Positions 1 through 10,339 of a stretch of DNA of 64,000 bases are shown here, piece after piece (within the stretch, counting starts at the first letter, position 1; each line of letters starts with the position of its first letter). The stretch comes from Pseudomonadota bacterium. GTDB taxonomy: Bacteria > Pseudomonadota > Gammaproteobacteria > Steroidobacterales > Steroidobacteraceae. Location: NCBI GenBank assembly GCA_037200975.1, contig JBBCGI010000001.1, forward strand, positions 3,429,716 to 3,493,715, read 5' to 3'. The position numbers and the translations under genes are program-made. The notes beneath the pieces were generated by a model. That model did not search any database. It worked only from the letters and a program-made list of their open reading frames with translations, and was not told the origin of the DNA.

Positions 1-452
1 CGGCGCGCGTGGCGCGGGTCGCAATGTTTTCCTCGACCGCGGCACGCAGCTCCAGCAGGTTTCGCACCGTGGTCAGCAGGCGCGCGTCATCCCAGGGCTT
101 GGCGATGTAATCGGCGGCGCCGGCCTTCACGAGGTCGACGGCAGTCTCGAGATGCGTCCAGGCCGTGAGCAGGATCACCGGCACGTCCGGATGCAGCGAG
201 CGCAGTTCGCGAAACAGGGCGACACCTTCTTCGCCCGAAGTGGCCTCGCGACGGAAATTCATGTCCTGGATGACCAGGTCCACCTCTTGAGATCGCACGG
301 TGGCGAGCGCCTCGGCTGGAGATGCAGCGCCGAGCACTCGCGCACCGTGCAGGGACAACAGGACCTGGAAGGCCGTACGCACGGCCTCGCTATCGTCAGC
401 AACCAGTACAGTGCGGTGCGCCAGGCGATCCTCTGCGTTCGAAATGACTGAG
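1..452 (-). CDS. Sigma-54-dependent (NtrC-family) response regulator, N-terminal receiver domain; truncated at the window start
   Basis: The minus-strand translation from the ATG at 450-452 reads MTSVISNAEDRLAHRTVLVADDSEAVR...DLVIQDMNF...PVILLTAW...DYIAKPWDD, a CheY-like receiver with the conserved Asp. The gene continues beyond position 1. It is not in the ORF track because no stop lies in the window. Confidence 0.7.
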
Positions 453-520
453 GTCATTCGTAAGACGCTCGGGAAGAGCCTGAGGTTGCAAGCGCCGGAC
501 ACATTTGCACGTTGCGTGGG

Positions 521-1727
521 TTAAACCGATCTCGTGGCCATGGCCGGGGACACCTTGGCCGCCTTGAGGGATGGCTGCCAGGCGGCCAGCTGGCCCACGA
601 TCCACAGGCCGAGCACGCCGCCGACGAGGTAGTAGAGGTCGAGGCGCGGCAGGCCAAACTGGTTAGACAGCCAGTACCCGACGCCGAGCGCCAGTGCACA
701 CCCGGTCACGACACCGAACGAGGTGACGAACCAGTTCTCGGTCATGAAGTGCCGCACGATGTCGCGCTTGCGCGCGCCGACTGCACGGCGGGTGCCGATC
801 TGGCGCGTGCGCGTATTCACGTTGAACGTGGCGAGGCCGAAGATGCCGAGCGAGCTGAAGATCAGCACGAGGCCTGTGACCACCGACAGGGTGATCGCCA
901 CCAGCGAATCGCCGCCGTAACTCTTGCGCTTGTCGTCGGACATCTTCTTGAAGTTGTTGAGCACACGGTTCGGGTCGCGTGCGCGCAGCGCGATCTCGGT
1001 GTCCTTCATGAGCCGGTCTAGCTCGCCGGGCGCGGTGCGCACCATGTAACTGGTGCTGGGGCCGGGTCCGACGCGCGGCGCCAGGATGACCTGGCCCACC
1101 TTGTCCCAGCCCACCCACGAGCCGTGCATGTGCGACATCACGCCGACGATCTTGATCGGCTTGCTCTGATCGTCGTAGAAAACCTTGCCGAGCGCATTCT
1201 CCTTCGGGAACAGCGCGTCGGCGAGATCCTGGGTGATGACCGCAGTGGGCGGCCAGCCCTGCGATTCCTTGGAGACGTATTCGACGGTGTCCGGCTCGAA
1301 GGTCTTGCCCGAGGCGAGCGTGACGCCCAGCGCGTGCACCGCGTGATCGTCGGTGCGATAGATGTTGGCGGGCTCGTTCTTGCCCTTCTTGTCGGGCAGC
1401 GAATAGAACCCGGACGAACTGCCGCTGCCGGACAGCGGAATGTGCGACATGGGCGTCACGTCGATCACGCCCGGCATGCGCCGCATCAGGGCGAGATCCT
1501 CGCGCACCATCGCATGGAAATCGAAGCCCTTCTCGAAGCCGGTCGAGTTGAACGAAAAGATGTTCTGGTCGTCGATGCCGGTCGGACGGCCGATCTTTTC
1601 CACGCGTTGCTGCGTGAGGAACACGGCGTTGACGACGATGGCGAGCGTGATGGCGATCTGCACCGCCACCAGGATGGCGCCGGCGCGGTTGCGCAGCAGT
1701 GCCGAGAGGATGGGTCGCACTTCCATG
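521..1727 (-). CDS. ABC transporter permease, FtsX/MacB-type, with a large periplasmic domain
   Basis: Translation starts MEVRPILSALLRNRAGAILVAVQIAITLAIVVNAVFL, an N-terminal TM helix followed by a long periplasmic loop and a C-terminal FtsX 4-TM bundle. The ORF-track ORF 521..2089 is N-extended, and an internal start at about 1727 abuts the upstream permease stop. Confidence 0.85.
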
Positions 1728-1728
1728 G

Positions 1729-3075
1729 TTATTGCACCTTGAGATAGGAGGCGGGCGCGGCGCGCCCGATACGCCAGGCGGGATACAGGCCGGCGATGAC
1801 ACCGGCGCACACCGCGATGGACACGACGATGACGAAGGTCATGGAATCGAACGGCAGGATGCGCGGCACCTGGTCGATGAACTGGCCGTACCAGGCACGC
1901 ATCGCCCAGATGCCCGCCATGCCTAACAACCCGCCGACGAGGCCGCCGGCCAGCGCCACGACGCCGGATTCCGTCAGGTGCTGCCAGAAGATGTCGCGGC
2001 GGCTCGCGCCGAGCGCGCGGCGCACGCCCGAGGCCGGGGCGGCATTGAGGAATTTCGCGAGCAGCAATCCGACCGTGTTCACCAGGCACACCGCGAGGAA
2101 CGCGAACGCCATGATCACCATGGCCTTGTTGTCGTCATCGACGACCTTGTTGCGCTTCATCCAGCCCTTGACGTCGTACAGGTAATTGTTGAGAGGGCGT
2201 GGGAAGCGGCCGTGTTTCTTCTGCTCTGTCACGTAGTTGTCGAGCATTTCGCGGAAGGCGAGCTGCTGGCCGGCGGTGCGTAGCTCGAACCAGCCGTGGA
2301 AGAAGATGCACTCGGAATTGAGGAAATCCAGGTAGCTCTCGATCGTCTCGGTCTTCCAGCAATTGGTGTTGCCGTCACTGCCGAGCTCGAGGACCTGGCC
2401 CCAGGAGAACGGGATGTAGGCGCCCTCCATGTCGTTGAACGAGCCATTGCTCACGTCGAAATACTTGGGCACGGGTTCGAAATCGTTGAGCACGCCGACG
2501 ACGCGGAATTCGCGGTCGTGCCACATGATGGTCTTGCCGATGCTGTTGGCGCCGCCGAATGCTTTCTGATTCGATTCCTTGCTCAGCACGACCACCGGGT
2601 CGGGACCGGCGTCCGCCTTGGCATCCCACGGACCGCCGTACAGGAACGGCACGTCGAACATCGCGAAGAAGTCCGCCGTCGTCATGCGCGTGGAGATGTA
2701 CTCGGGCTCCATGCCCTTGTCGTTGCGGCTGAAGATGCCGCCGGCCTTGTACATGATCACCTTGCGGTCGGGGATGTTGGAGGCGTAGAGCGCGCGCGCA
2801 TCGCGATAGGTGAGCATCGTCGGCGCGACCGGCCGGCCGGTGTCCGCGTCGGTCTGCGGGGAATCGTAGCCGTCGTTCGGATCCCAGCTGTCGATCGAAG
2901 GCGCGAACAGGATGCCGGCCCGATCGCCGGCCGGGTTTTGCGACGCGGCACGGAAACTCGTCAGCGTGATCATGCAGACGGAAATGCCCAGCGCGATGGC
3001 GAACACCATCAGCGCCGTGAGGCCGGGGTTACGCCTGAAGCTCGAAAGCGCGAGGCGCAGGTAGTAGGCGAACAT
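1729..3075 (-). CDS. ABC transporter permease, FtsX/MacB-type (second permease)
   Basis: 448 aa starting MFAYYLRLALSSFRRNPGLTALMVFAIALGISVCMI, with FtsX topology. It is adjacent to the first permease, like a LolC/LolE-type heteromeric pair. Confidence 0.85.
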   Translation of the reverse strand: MFAYYLRLALSSFRRNPGLTALMVFAIALGISVCMITLTSFRAASQNPAGDRAGILFAPSIDSWDPNDGYDSPQTDADTGRPVAPTMLTYRDARALYASNIPDRKVIMYKAGGIFSRNDKGMEPEYISTRMTTADFFAMFDVPFLYGGPWDAKADAGPDPVVVLSKESNQKAFGGANSIGKTIMWHDREFRVVGVLNDFEPVPKYFDVSNGSFNDMEGAYIPFSWGQVLELGSDGNTNCWKTETIESYLDFLNSECIFFHGWFELRTAGQQLAFREMLDNYVTEQKKHGRFPRPLNNYLYDVKGWMKRNKVVDDDNKAMVIMAFAFLAVCLVNTVGLLLAKFLNAAPASGVRRALGASRRDIFWQHLTESGVVALAGGLVGGLLGMAGIWAMRAWYGQFIDQVPRILPFDSMTFVIVVSIAVCAGVIAGLYPAWRIGRAAPASYLKVQ

Positions 3076-3078
3076 TGC

Positions 3079-3822
3079 TCAGGCCCCCACGGTGGCGCTG
3101 CCGCGAGCTGCTGCGCTCGTGGCCGGTGAAGTTTGCGAGGCGTGGGGTTCATACGGCTTGAAGTCCGAGATCTGCCCGTCGACCACCTGCACGTTGCGGT
3201 GGGCGCGGCGTGCGAGCTCCGGGTCGTGCGTGACCATGATGATGGTGGTGCCCATCTCATTGATGCGCTCGAGCAGGTCCATGACCTGGCGCGCCATCAG
3301 CGAATCGAGGTTGCCCGTGGGTTCGTCCGCCAGCACCAGCTTCGGATCGCCGGCGATGGCGCGCGCGATCGCGACGCGCTGCTGCTGGCCGCCCGACAGC
3401 TGCGCGGGGATGTGTTTCATACGCGCGGCCAGGCCGACGATCTCGAGCGCGTTGGTGATGCGCTGGTGGCGCTCCGCCGATTTCATGCGCCGGTAGCGCA
3501 GCGGCACGTCCACGTTGTCGTAGACATTGAGGTCGGGCATCAGGTTGAAGCTCTGGAAGATGAAGCCGATCTTTTCGTTGCGCAGGCGCGAGCGCGCATC
3601 GTCGGACAGGGAAGTGACTTCGATGTTGTCGAGCTTGTAGCTGCCGGATTCGTACGGCTCGAGCAGGCCGGCGATGTTGAGAAACGTGGTCTTGCCCGAG
3701 CCCGAGGGGCCGGTCACCGCGAGGAACTCGCCCGCCTTCACTTCCAGCGAGAAATTGCGCAGCGCGTGCGTCTCGATCAGGTCGGTGCGGAAAACTTTGC
3801 TGACGTCGTTCATGGAAAGCAT
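3079..3822 (-). CDS. ABC transporter ATP-binding protein (LolD/MacB-NBD-like)
   Basis: Walker A GPSGSGKTT, ABC signature LSGGQQQRVAIARA and Walker B LVLADEPTGNLD, 247 aa. Confidence 0.9.
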   Translation of the reverse strand: MLSMNDVSKVFRTDLIETHALRNFSLEVKAGEFLAVTGPSGSGKTTFLNIAGLLEPYESGSYKLDNIEVTSLSDDARSRLRNEKIGFIFQSFNLMPDLNVYDNVDVPLRYRRMKSAERHQRITNALEIVGLAARMKHIPAQLSGGQQQRVAIARAIAGDPKLVLADEPTGNLDSLMARQVMDLLERINEMGTTIIMVTHDPELARRAHRNVQVVDGQISDFKPYEPHASQTSPATSAAARGSATVGA

Positions 3823-3834
3823 TGGGGATTCCTT

Positions 3835-5127
3835 CTAGTTACCGATGAGGACGCTGGGCGCATCCTTGTATTCGCGCATGTCGGCGAGCACCACGGTGTC
3901 GCCGACCTCGAGTCCATTGCGGATCTCGATTTCGCCGATGGCCTCGGCGCCGAACTCCACCGGGATGCGCACGGCGTCGCCGTCGCGCACCACGTAGACG
4001 AAGCGGGTGTCGGAGTCGTTGAACGGGCTGCGCGCCACCTTGAGCACGTCGTTGCGCTCATCGAGCACGATGCGCACGGAGGCGCGCTGGTTCTGGCGTA
4101 GGCCCTTGGGCTGGTCGGAGAAGCGCACCCGGCCCGTGACCTGGGAATTGCGCACGTCGGGCGAGATGCCTGCCACGGTGCCGATGAGCTTGCGGCCATC
4201 GAGCGTGACCTCGGCATTCATGCCGGCGCGGATCTCGTTGGCGTAGCTCTCGGCGACCTGGAATTCGATTTCGAGCGCCGTGAGGTCGACGACCATGACC
4301 AGCGGCGCGTTCTCGGCGACTTGGGCGCGCTCCTGCTGGGAGAGCGTCGCGACGATGCCGGGCACGGGCGACTTGAGCGTCAGTGCATCCACACGTTCGC
4401 GCAGCCGGGCTACCTTGAGCGACTGCGCGTCGCGCGTGAGGCGCTGGCTGCGCAGTTCGAGCTGCAGGCTGTCCTTCTCGAGGCCGCCGGTTTCGATGGC
4501 GTGTGCGTAGTTGAGCTTGGCCGTCTCGAGATCGTCGCGGGCGCGTTCGAAGTCGCGCTGCGGGATCACGTGGATGCCCCAGGCGTCTTCCGCGCGCTTG
4601 AACTCTCGCTCGGCCGCCGTGATCTGCACCTTGGCGAGGTCGCTGTCCTGGCTGCTCTTGAGGATCTGGCGGCGGACTTCGATGGTCTGGCGATTGAGCG
4701 CGGCGTCGGCGCTGGCGAGCGCGGCGCGCTCCTGCTCGTATTCATTGGTGAGCGCGGCGCTGTCGACGATGCCCAGCACATCGCCGGCCTTCACCGGGTC
4801 GCCGGCGCGCACCTTATAGATGATGGTGCCGGGCGCTTCGGCGAAGAGGGTGGGACTGACCGCCGCGACCACGAGTCCCGTGGCGGCGACATCACGCACG
4901 AACGGCCCGCGCGTAACGACGGCGGTCCGCATGCGATCGCGCGCGATCACCTGTTCGGATGACAGCCACGCGCGCGCGCTCCATATGATGAGCACCAGCA
5001 AGACGAACGCCGCGCCCGCGATGTAGCCGTAGCGCCTCAACAGCACACGGCGGCTCTGGGGATCGGCGACGGTCTTGTCCTGCGACTGAGTACCGCGCAT
5101 CGAGATATCGCGCAAAAGCATGGTCAT
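3835..5127 (-). CDS. HlyD-family periplasmic adaptor (membrane fusion protein)
   Basis: N-terminal TM helix (YIAGAAFVLLVLIIW), a long coiled-coil region, then beta-barrel/lipoyl-like motifs. It is the first gene of an operon with the ABC ATPase and two FtsX permeases. Confidence 0.85.
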   Translation of the reverse strand: MTMLLRDISMRGTQSQDKTVADPQSRRVLLRRYGYIAGAAFVLLVLIIWSARAWLSSEQVIARDRMRTAVVTRGPFVRDVAATGLVVAAVSPTLFAEAPGTIIYKVRAGDPVKAGDVLGIVDSAALTNEYEQERAALASADAALNRQTIEVRRQILKSSQDSDLAKVQITAAEREFKRAEDAWGIHVIPQRDFERARDDLETAKLNYAHAIETGGLEKDSLQLELRSQRLTRDAQSLKVARLRERVDALTLKSPVPGIVATLSQQERAQVAENAPLVMVVDLTALEIEFQVAESYANEIRAGMNAEVTLDGRKLIGTVAGISPDVRNSQVTGRVRFSDQPKGLRQNQRASVRIVLDERNDVLKVARSPFNDSDTRFVYVVRDGDAVRIPVEFGAEAIGEIEIRNGLEVGDTVVLADMREYKDAPSVLIGN

Positions 5128-5276
5128 GCCAGCGATAGAGCACTTAGCGTGCCAACCGCGACGCGTTTATCTAACTGGTTGAATTACCGCGCGGGAAGCG
5201 ATGGCCCCCGATGTTTCCGGGGTGTCCGTATCCGGACACCGGACAGCGTCGCGGACGTCCACGCTCGGAGCCAAGA

Positions 5277-5541
5277 TCTTAAAGGGGACATGCCTATTTT
5301 TCGGACCGGGATTTTTTCAGGCGCGGGTTTTGATGCTTCGCTCGCGCGAATGGAGCGCGCGGAAAACGAGGCGTGAAGCGAAAAGCCCCTAGTGCCCCTC
5401 AGCGCTCCAATTCTGAAAATGTAGCTTTTCGTAGCCTCGTTTTCCGGAACCCGAAGGGCGCGCTCCCTTGAGTGCGAGCGAAGCATCAAAACCCGCGCCT
5501 GAAAAAATCCCGGTCCGAAAAATAGGCATGTCCCCTTTAGA
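5277..5541. mobile_element. REP/MITE-like palindromic element, family 1 (long copy), with about 30-bp terminal inverted repeats TTAAAGGGGACATGCCTATTTTTCGG(A/G)CCGG
   Basis: The left arm at 5277-5345 is the near-perfect reverse complement of the right arm at 5473-5541, with about 68 nt matching and partial matches further in. There is no credible internal ORF. A second copy lies at 54049-54163. Confidence 0.7.
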
Positions 5542-6193
5542 GACGACGAATCCCGTTTGGACCGCCGAGGATCACCACGTCCGCGGGGCGCGCGGCGAAC
5601 AATCCCACCGTCACCACGCCGGCGATCTGATTGATTGCGCTCTCGAGCGAGACCGGATCGGCGATGTGCATGCCGTGCAGGTCGACGATGTGATTGCCGT
5701 TGTCGGTGATCACCTTCTCGCGCCATACGGGCCGGCCGCCGAGGCGGGCGAGCGCGCGGCTCGCGTATTCGCGCGCCATCGGGATCACTTCCACCGGCAG
5801 CGGGAACGCACCCAGGGTATCGACGAGCTTGCCCTCGTCAGCAATGCAGACGAAGCGGCGCGAGGCGGCGGCGATGATCTTCTCGCGCGTGAGGGCCCCG
5901 CCGCCGCCCTTGATGAGCTGGCGCCGGTGATTGGTCTCATCCGCCCCATCGATGTAGGTTTCGATCTCGCCGACGTCGTTCAGGTCGAGCACCGGGATGC
6001 CTGCTGCCTCGAGGCGCTCGGTCGATCCATGGGAGCTCGACACCGCGCCGGCGATCTTGATGGAGGTCGCCGCAAGTGCGTCGATGAGAAAATTCACGGT
6101 GCTGCCGGTGCCGACGCCGAGCACTTTGCCCGCGGTGACGAATTCCAGCGCTGCGCGTGCCGCAGCTTGTTTTCCAGTGTTTTGCGCACTCAT
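5537..6193 (-). CDS. rpiA: Ribose-5-phosphate isomerase A
   Basis: [41 protein letters not shown]...[12 protein letters not shown], typical RpiA motifs, 219 aa. The stop codon TAA is formed by the terminal CTTTAA of the palindromic element. Confidence 0.9.
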   Translation of the reverse strand: MSAQNTGKQAAARAALEFVTAGKVLGVGTGSTVNFLIDALAATSIKIAGAVSSSHGSTERLEAAGIPVLDLNDVGEIETYIDGADETNHRRQLIKGGGGALTREKIIAAASRRFVCIADEGKLVDTLGAFPLPVEVIPMAREYASRALARLGGRPVWREKVITDNGNHIVDLHGMHIADPVSLESAINQIAGVVTVGLFAARPADVVILGGPNGIRRL

Positions 6194-6316
6194 CGCAAGA
6201 TTCCGATTTGCGTACTGCAGAAACGACAGTGCCCGCTTGTTAGCGGGCACTGTCTTCGAATTTGGAACCGGCGAGCGAGATAAAAACCTCGCCCGCCGAA
6301 TTAACCAAGGCCAGAA

Positions 6317-6364
6317 CTATTTCTTCTTGGCTTTTTTCTTGGCTTTCTTCTTGGCTTTCGCCAT
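6317..6364 (-). CDS. 15-codon lysine-rich micro-ORF (MAKAKKKAKKKAKKK)
   Basis: ATG preceded by GGAGAG at about -9. Upstream are sigma70-like -35 TTGAAT and -10 TATACT boxes with a 16-bp spacer, and downstream a perfect GC-rich hairpin GACAGTGCCCGCT-aaca-AGCGGGCACTGTC followed by GTTTCTG. Confidence 0.45.
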   Translation of the reverse strand: MAKAKKKAKKKAKKK

Positions 6365-6393
6365 GGCAGCTCTCCAGTAGTTACGGGTTAGTC

Positions 6394-6428
6394 CGAGGGC
6401 GAGTATACGCAGGCGTTGACAAAATTCA
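6394..6428 (-). promoter_or_regulatory. Putative sigma70 promoter (TTGAAT-16 bp-TATACT) for the micro-ORF and possibly rpiA
   Basis: Minus-strand sequence TTGAATTTTGTCAACGCCTGCGTATACT lies about 35 nt upstream of the micro-ORF ATG. Confidence 0.4.
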
Positions 6429-6493
6429 AGAGAGTGTCATCGGAGTGAACGCATCGACGACATCGACACGCATCGATCGTCAACTCTCGGCCA

Positions 6494-6943
6494 TCACTCG
6501 AGCGAGAGGATGAACTTCCAGTGAGCGGCGCTCACGGGTGTGATCGAGAGCCGGTTGCCACGTTTCAACAACAGCATCCCATCTAGTTCACGCGCCTCGT
6601 GCTTGCGCAGTTCATCGAGCGTGATGATGCGCTTCAAGCGCCGTTTGAGTTGTACGTCGACCACATACCAGCGCGGATTTTTCGGATCGCTGCCTTCATC
6701 GTAGTGATCGTGCTTCTTGTCGAAGGCGGTCGGATCGGGATACGCGGTGCGCACCACCTGCATGACACCCGCGACACCGACCAGGTCCGCGCTCGAGTGA
6801 TACAGCAGCGCCTGATCGCCCTTCCTGAAGTCGTCGCGCAGCATGTTGCGCGCCTGGTAATTGCGCACGCCGTCCCACATCGCCGTTTTCTTCGGCTTCG
6901 CGGCCAGGTCATCGACTCCGAACGTCGACGGCTCCGTTTTCAT
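6494..6943 (-). CDS. EVE (PUA-like) domain protein
   Basis: MKTEPSTFGVDDLAAKPKKTAMWDGVRNYQARNMLRDDFRKGDQALLYHSS...WYVVDVQLKRRLKRIITLDELRKHEARELDGMLLLKRGNRLSITPVS is diagnostic of EVE-domain (YhfC/Thy28-like) proteins. The start may be 6958 (MNYWLMK). Confidence 0.8.
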   Translation of the reverse strand: MKTEPSTFGVDDLAAKPKKTAMWDGVRNYQARNMLRDDFRKGDQALLYHSSADLVGVAGVMQVVRTAYPDPTAFDKKHDHYDEGSDPKNPRWYVVDVQLKRRLKRIITLDELRKHEARELDGMLLLKRGNRLSITPVSAAHWKFILSLE

Positions 6944-7523
6944 CAGCCAGTAGTTCATCGATTCCCCTGTCGGTGACGATGTAGTCCATGAATACGTCGG
7001 TCGCCGTCACCGGAACGAGCGGCACGACCTGGAATGAATAGGCGAGACCGACGAGCCGCGGCCCGCTCCAGCGATGGCGCACGTGGCGAAAGGCGAGCGC
7101 TCGATCGTAGAAGCCCGCGCCATGGCCGAGCCGCGCGCCGCGGCGATCGAACCCCACGCCGGCGCAGAAAATGGTGTCGAGAAAGCGCGCGCCCAGCCAT
7201 TCGTGCCCCTCGGGTTCGATCATCCCGAAGGAATGCTGCCGCGCCCGCGGATTGAGCCGCACGAAGCGCATGCGGCGCGCGCGCATGCTGGTGATGCGCG
7301 GCAGGAAGATCTCGCAGCCACGCGCGCGGGCGAGTTCGATCAGGGGTGCGGTGCCGAGCTCCTGCGGCATCGACGCGTAGATGCCGATGCGTTTGCCGGG
7401 TGCAAGCCAGGGAGTGCGAGCGATCGCCTGCGCGACGGCGACCGCGGCTTTGCGACGCGCCAACGGCCGCACCGCGCGACGCGCGGCGAGGAGTTCTTTG
7501 CGGAGTGTTTGCTTCGTAATCAC
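6909..7523 (-). CDS. ygfA: 5-formyltetrahydrofolate cyclo-ligase
   Basis: 5-FCL family motifs (GIYASMPQELGT, FLPRIT, GHGAGFYDR). Its position between the EVE gene and zapA matches the E. coli zapA-ssrS-ygfA arrangement. Confidence 0.85.
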   Translation of the reverse strand: MITKQTLRKELLAARRAVRPLARRKAAVAVAQAIARTPWLAPGKRIGIYASMPQELGTAPLIELARARGCEIFLPRITSMRARRMRFVRLNPRARQHSFGMIEPEGHEWLGARFLDTIFCAGVGFDRRGARLGHGAGFYDRALAFRHVRHRWSGPRLVGLAYSFQVVPLVPVTATDVFMDYIVTDRGIDELLADENGAVDVRSR

Positions 7524-7544
7524 GAAGAATAAAGCGCTACCCGA

Positions 7545-7730
7545 AAGTGCCGGTGTAAGTCATTGCTCTCGAACCAGAGCAACAAGGTGGGACCTGCCCC
7601 GACATTTAAGGCTTTCCGCCAGAAGCGGACCTGCACAATGCTGTCAGATAGCGTTGGTCCCGGGCGTTTACATTACGGTCGAGAGGTAACCCGACTTACT
7701 GTCGAACACCACAGGCAGCGCAGGAGTCAC
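7545..7730 (-). ncRNA. ssrS: 6S RNA (SsrS), predicted mainly by conserved synteny
   Basis: A roughly 250-bp non-coding gap lies between zapA (7782) and ygfA (7523) on the same strand, and in gamma-proteobacteria ssrS sits exactly there. The sequence can fold into a long imperfect helix with an internal bubble. No covariance model could be run, so the ends are approximate. Confidence 0.5.
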
Positions 7731-7781
7731 TCTACTACAACCGACCTGCAGGAATGCGACGCAAGTCGGTAGATTCTTGTC

Positions 7782-8100
7782 TTACAGATCCAGCTGGCGC
7801 GTGCGCTGGAGCGCGGTCTCGACACGCTCGCGCATGTGCTTCACGCGGCCGCTGACGTTGCCCTGCAGCTCGGTGTCCTGCTTGCGCAGGCGCAGCAGTT
7901 CGTTCGCCATGTTGAGCGCGGCGATGACGGCGATGCGATCGGCGCCGACGACCTTGCCGGTGTCGCGCACTTCGCGCATCTTCTTGTTGAGGTATTCGGC
8001 GGAGTCGAGCAGGGCGGCGCGTTCATCCTGCGGGCAGGAGATGAAGTATTCCTTTTCGAGAATACGTACCGTGACTTGCGCCGGTTCCTTGTCGCTCACG
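7782..8100 (-). CDS. zapA: Cell division protein ZapA
   Basis: GTG start overlapping the zapB stop (GTGA). VSDKEPAQVTVRILEKEYFISCPQDERAALLDSAEYLNKKMREVR...IAVIAALNMANEL is the canonical ZapA. Confidence 0.85.
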
Positions 8101-8326
8101 CAGTGTGCTCCATCGTCTTCAGCCGGCCGATCATTGCTTCGACGCGCGCGCGTACCTGGTCGTTGCGCTGCGCGAACGCGGAGCGTTCGGCGGCGAGCGA
8201 TTCCTGGCGTTGGCGCAGGGCGCGGTTCTCTTCCTTGAGAGTGTCGACGGCGACGAGAAGTTCTTCGACGCGGCGTTCGAGACGGGCGAATTCCGCGTCG
8301 AAGCCGGATTTGTTGTTGTCTGTCAT
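8097..8326 (-). CDS. zapB: Cell division protein ZapB
   Basis: 76-aa coiled coil MTDNNKSGFDAEFARLERRVEELLVAVDTLKEENRALRQRQ, placed upstream of zapA as in Xanthomonadales. Confidence 0.8.
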
Positions 8327-8393
8327 GGCGCGGGACTATAGGGCGCACCTCCGAGGGGGGTCAATTAGTTATCCACTCGGGCATAATTCCTCC

Positions 8394-8960
8394 ATGTTGG
8401 CCGCCACTTACGATGAGTTCGAGCACGTGCTCCGGGCCGCGCGCGCGTTGCCGGAGCCCGCCGAAGCGCACGGAACGCTGGCCGGCGCGCTGTGTAGTTC
8501 GCGCGATTACGGCCTCATGGAGTGGCTGCGCGAGATCCTCCCCGACGACTCTCCCGACGACGCGGCGCTGCAGAACTCGGTGCTGCAGAACGTCTACAAC
8601 GCCATGGTCAGAACGCTGCTCGGCAACGACGCGGATTTCGAACCGCTGCTGCCGGACGACGAGGCGCCGCTGTCGGAGCGGGCCGACGCATTGAGTCTGT
8701 GGTGCCAGGGCTTCCTGTACGGACTCGGCTCCGGCACCACCGCCGATCCCGGCCGCGTGTCCGTCGAGGCGGGCGAGATCATCCGCGACTTCACCGAGAT
8801 CACGCACGTCGGTGTCGAAGCGGACGAGCAGAACGAAGAAAACGAAGCGGCCTTCGCCGAGGTGGTCGAGTTCGTGCGCGTCGGCGTGCAGTTGTTGTTC
8901 GTCGAGCTGGCGCCCGCGCGCGGCGAGGAGCCGGCGCCGGGCGCCGCGTCCATTCATTAA
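8394..8960 (+). CDS. ygfB: UPF0149/YgfB family protein
   Basis: MLAATYDEFEHVLRAARALPEPAEAHGTLAGALC...LWCQGFLYGLG. It is the first gene of a ygfB-pepP-ubiH-ubiI operon divergent from zapA, as in E. coli. The ORF-track ORF 7836..8960 is an N-terminal over-extension. Confidence 0.8.
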   Translation: MLAATYDEFEHVLRAARALPEPAEAHGTLAGALCSSRDYGLMEWLREILPDDSPDDAALQNSVLQNVYNAMVRTLLGNDADFEPLLPDDEAPLSERADALSLWCQGFLYGLGSGTTADPGRVSVEAGEIIRDFTEITHVGVEADEQNEENEAAFAEVVEFVRVGVQLLFVELAPARGEEPAPGAASIH

Positions 8961-8970
8961 TACGCCGTCC

Positions 8971-10329
<1,359 letters not shown>

Positions 10330-10339
10330 AGCCCGGCCC

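Noticed and set aside
663-1802. 379-aa ORF, and many similar long ORFs across the window in alternate frames or antisense to real genes (e.g. 1124..1747, 3133..4101, 4321..4962, 8361..9122, 8800..10500, 10244..11248, 12609..13448, 17652..18503, 18938..19900, 20289..21593, 24174..26207, 28402..30024, 28652..30130, 40176..41285, 49758..50912, 60553..62139)
   Set aside because: Arg/Ala/Gly/Pro-rich, low-complexity translations typical of spurious open frames in 68% GC DNA. Each overlaps a gene with clear family motifs on the other strand or frame.
5184-5726. 180-aa ORF and other small ORFs (5149..5376, 5201..5392, 53864..54184, 53662..54105) inside the palindromic elements
   Set aside because: They are created by the symmetry of the hairpin (the same peptide appears on both strands), and the region is non-coding repeat sequence.
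6909-6958. 50-bp overlap between ygfA and the EVE-domain gene
   Set aside because: Probably reflects an over-called EVE start (the alternative ATG at 6943 still overlaps). It was not treated as a programmed overlap.
7836-8960. 374-aa version of ygfB
   Set aside because: The N-terminal 186 residues run antisense through zapA/zapB, and the conserved YgfB sequence begins at the internal ATG at 8394.
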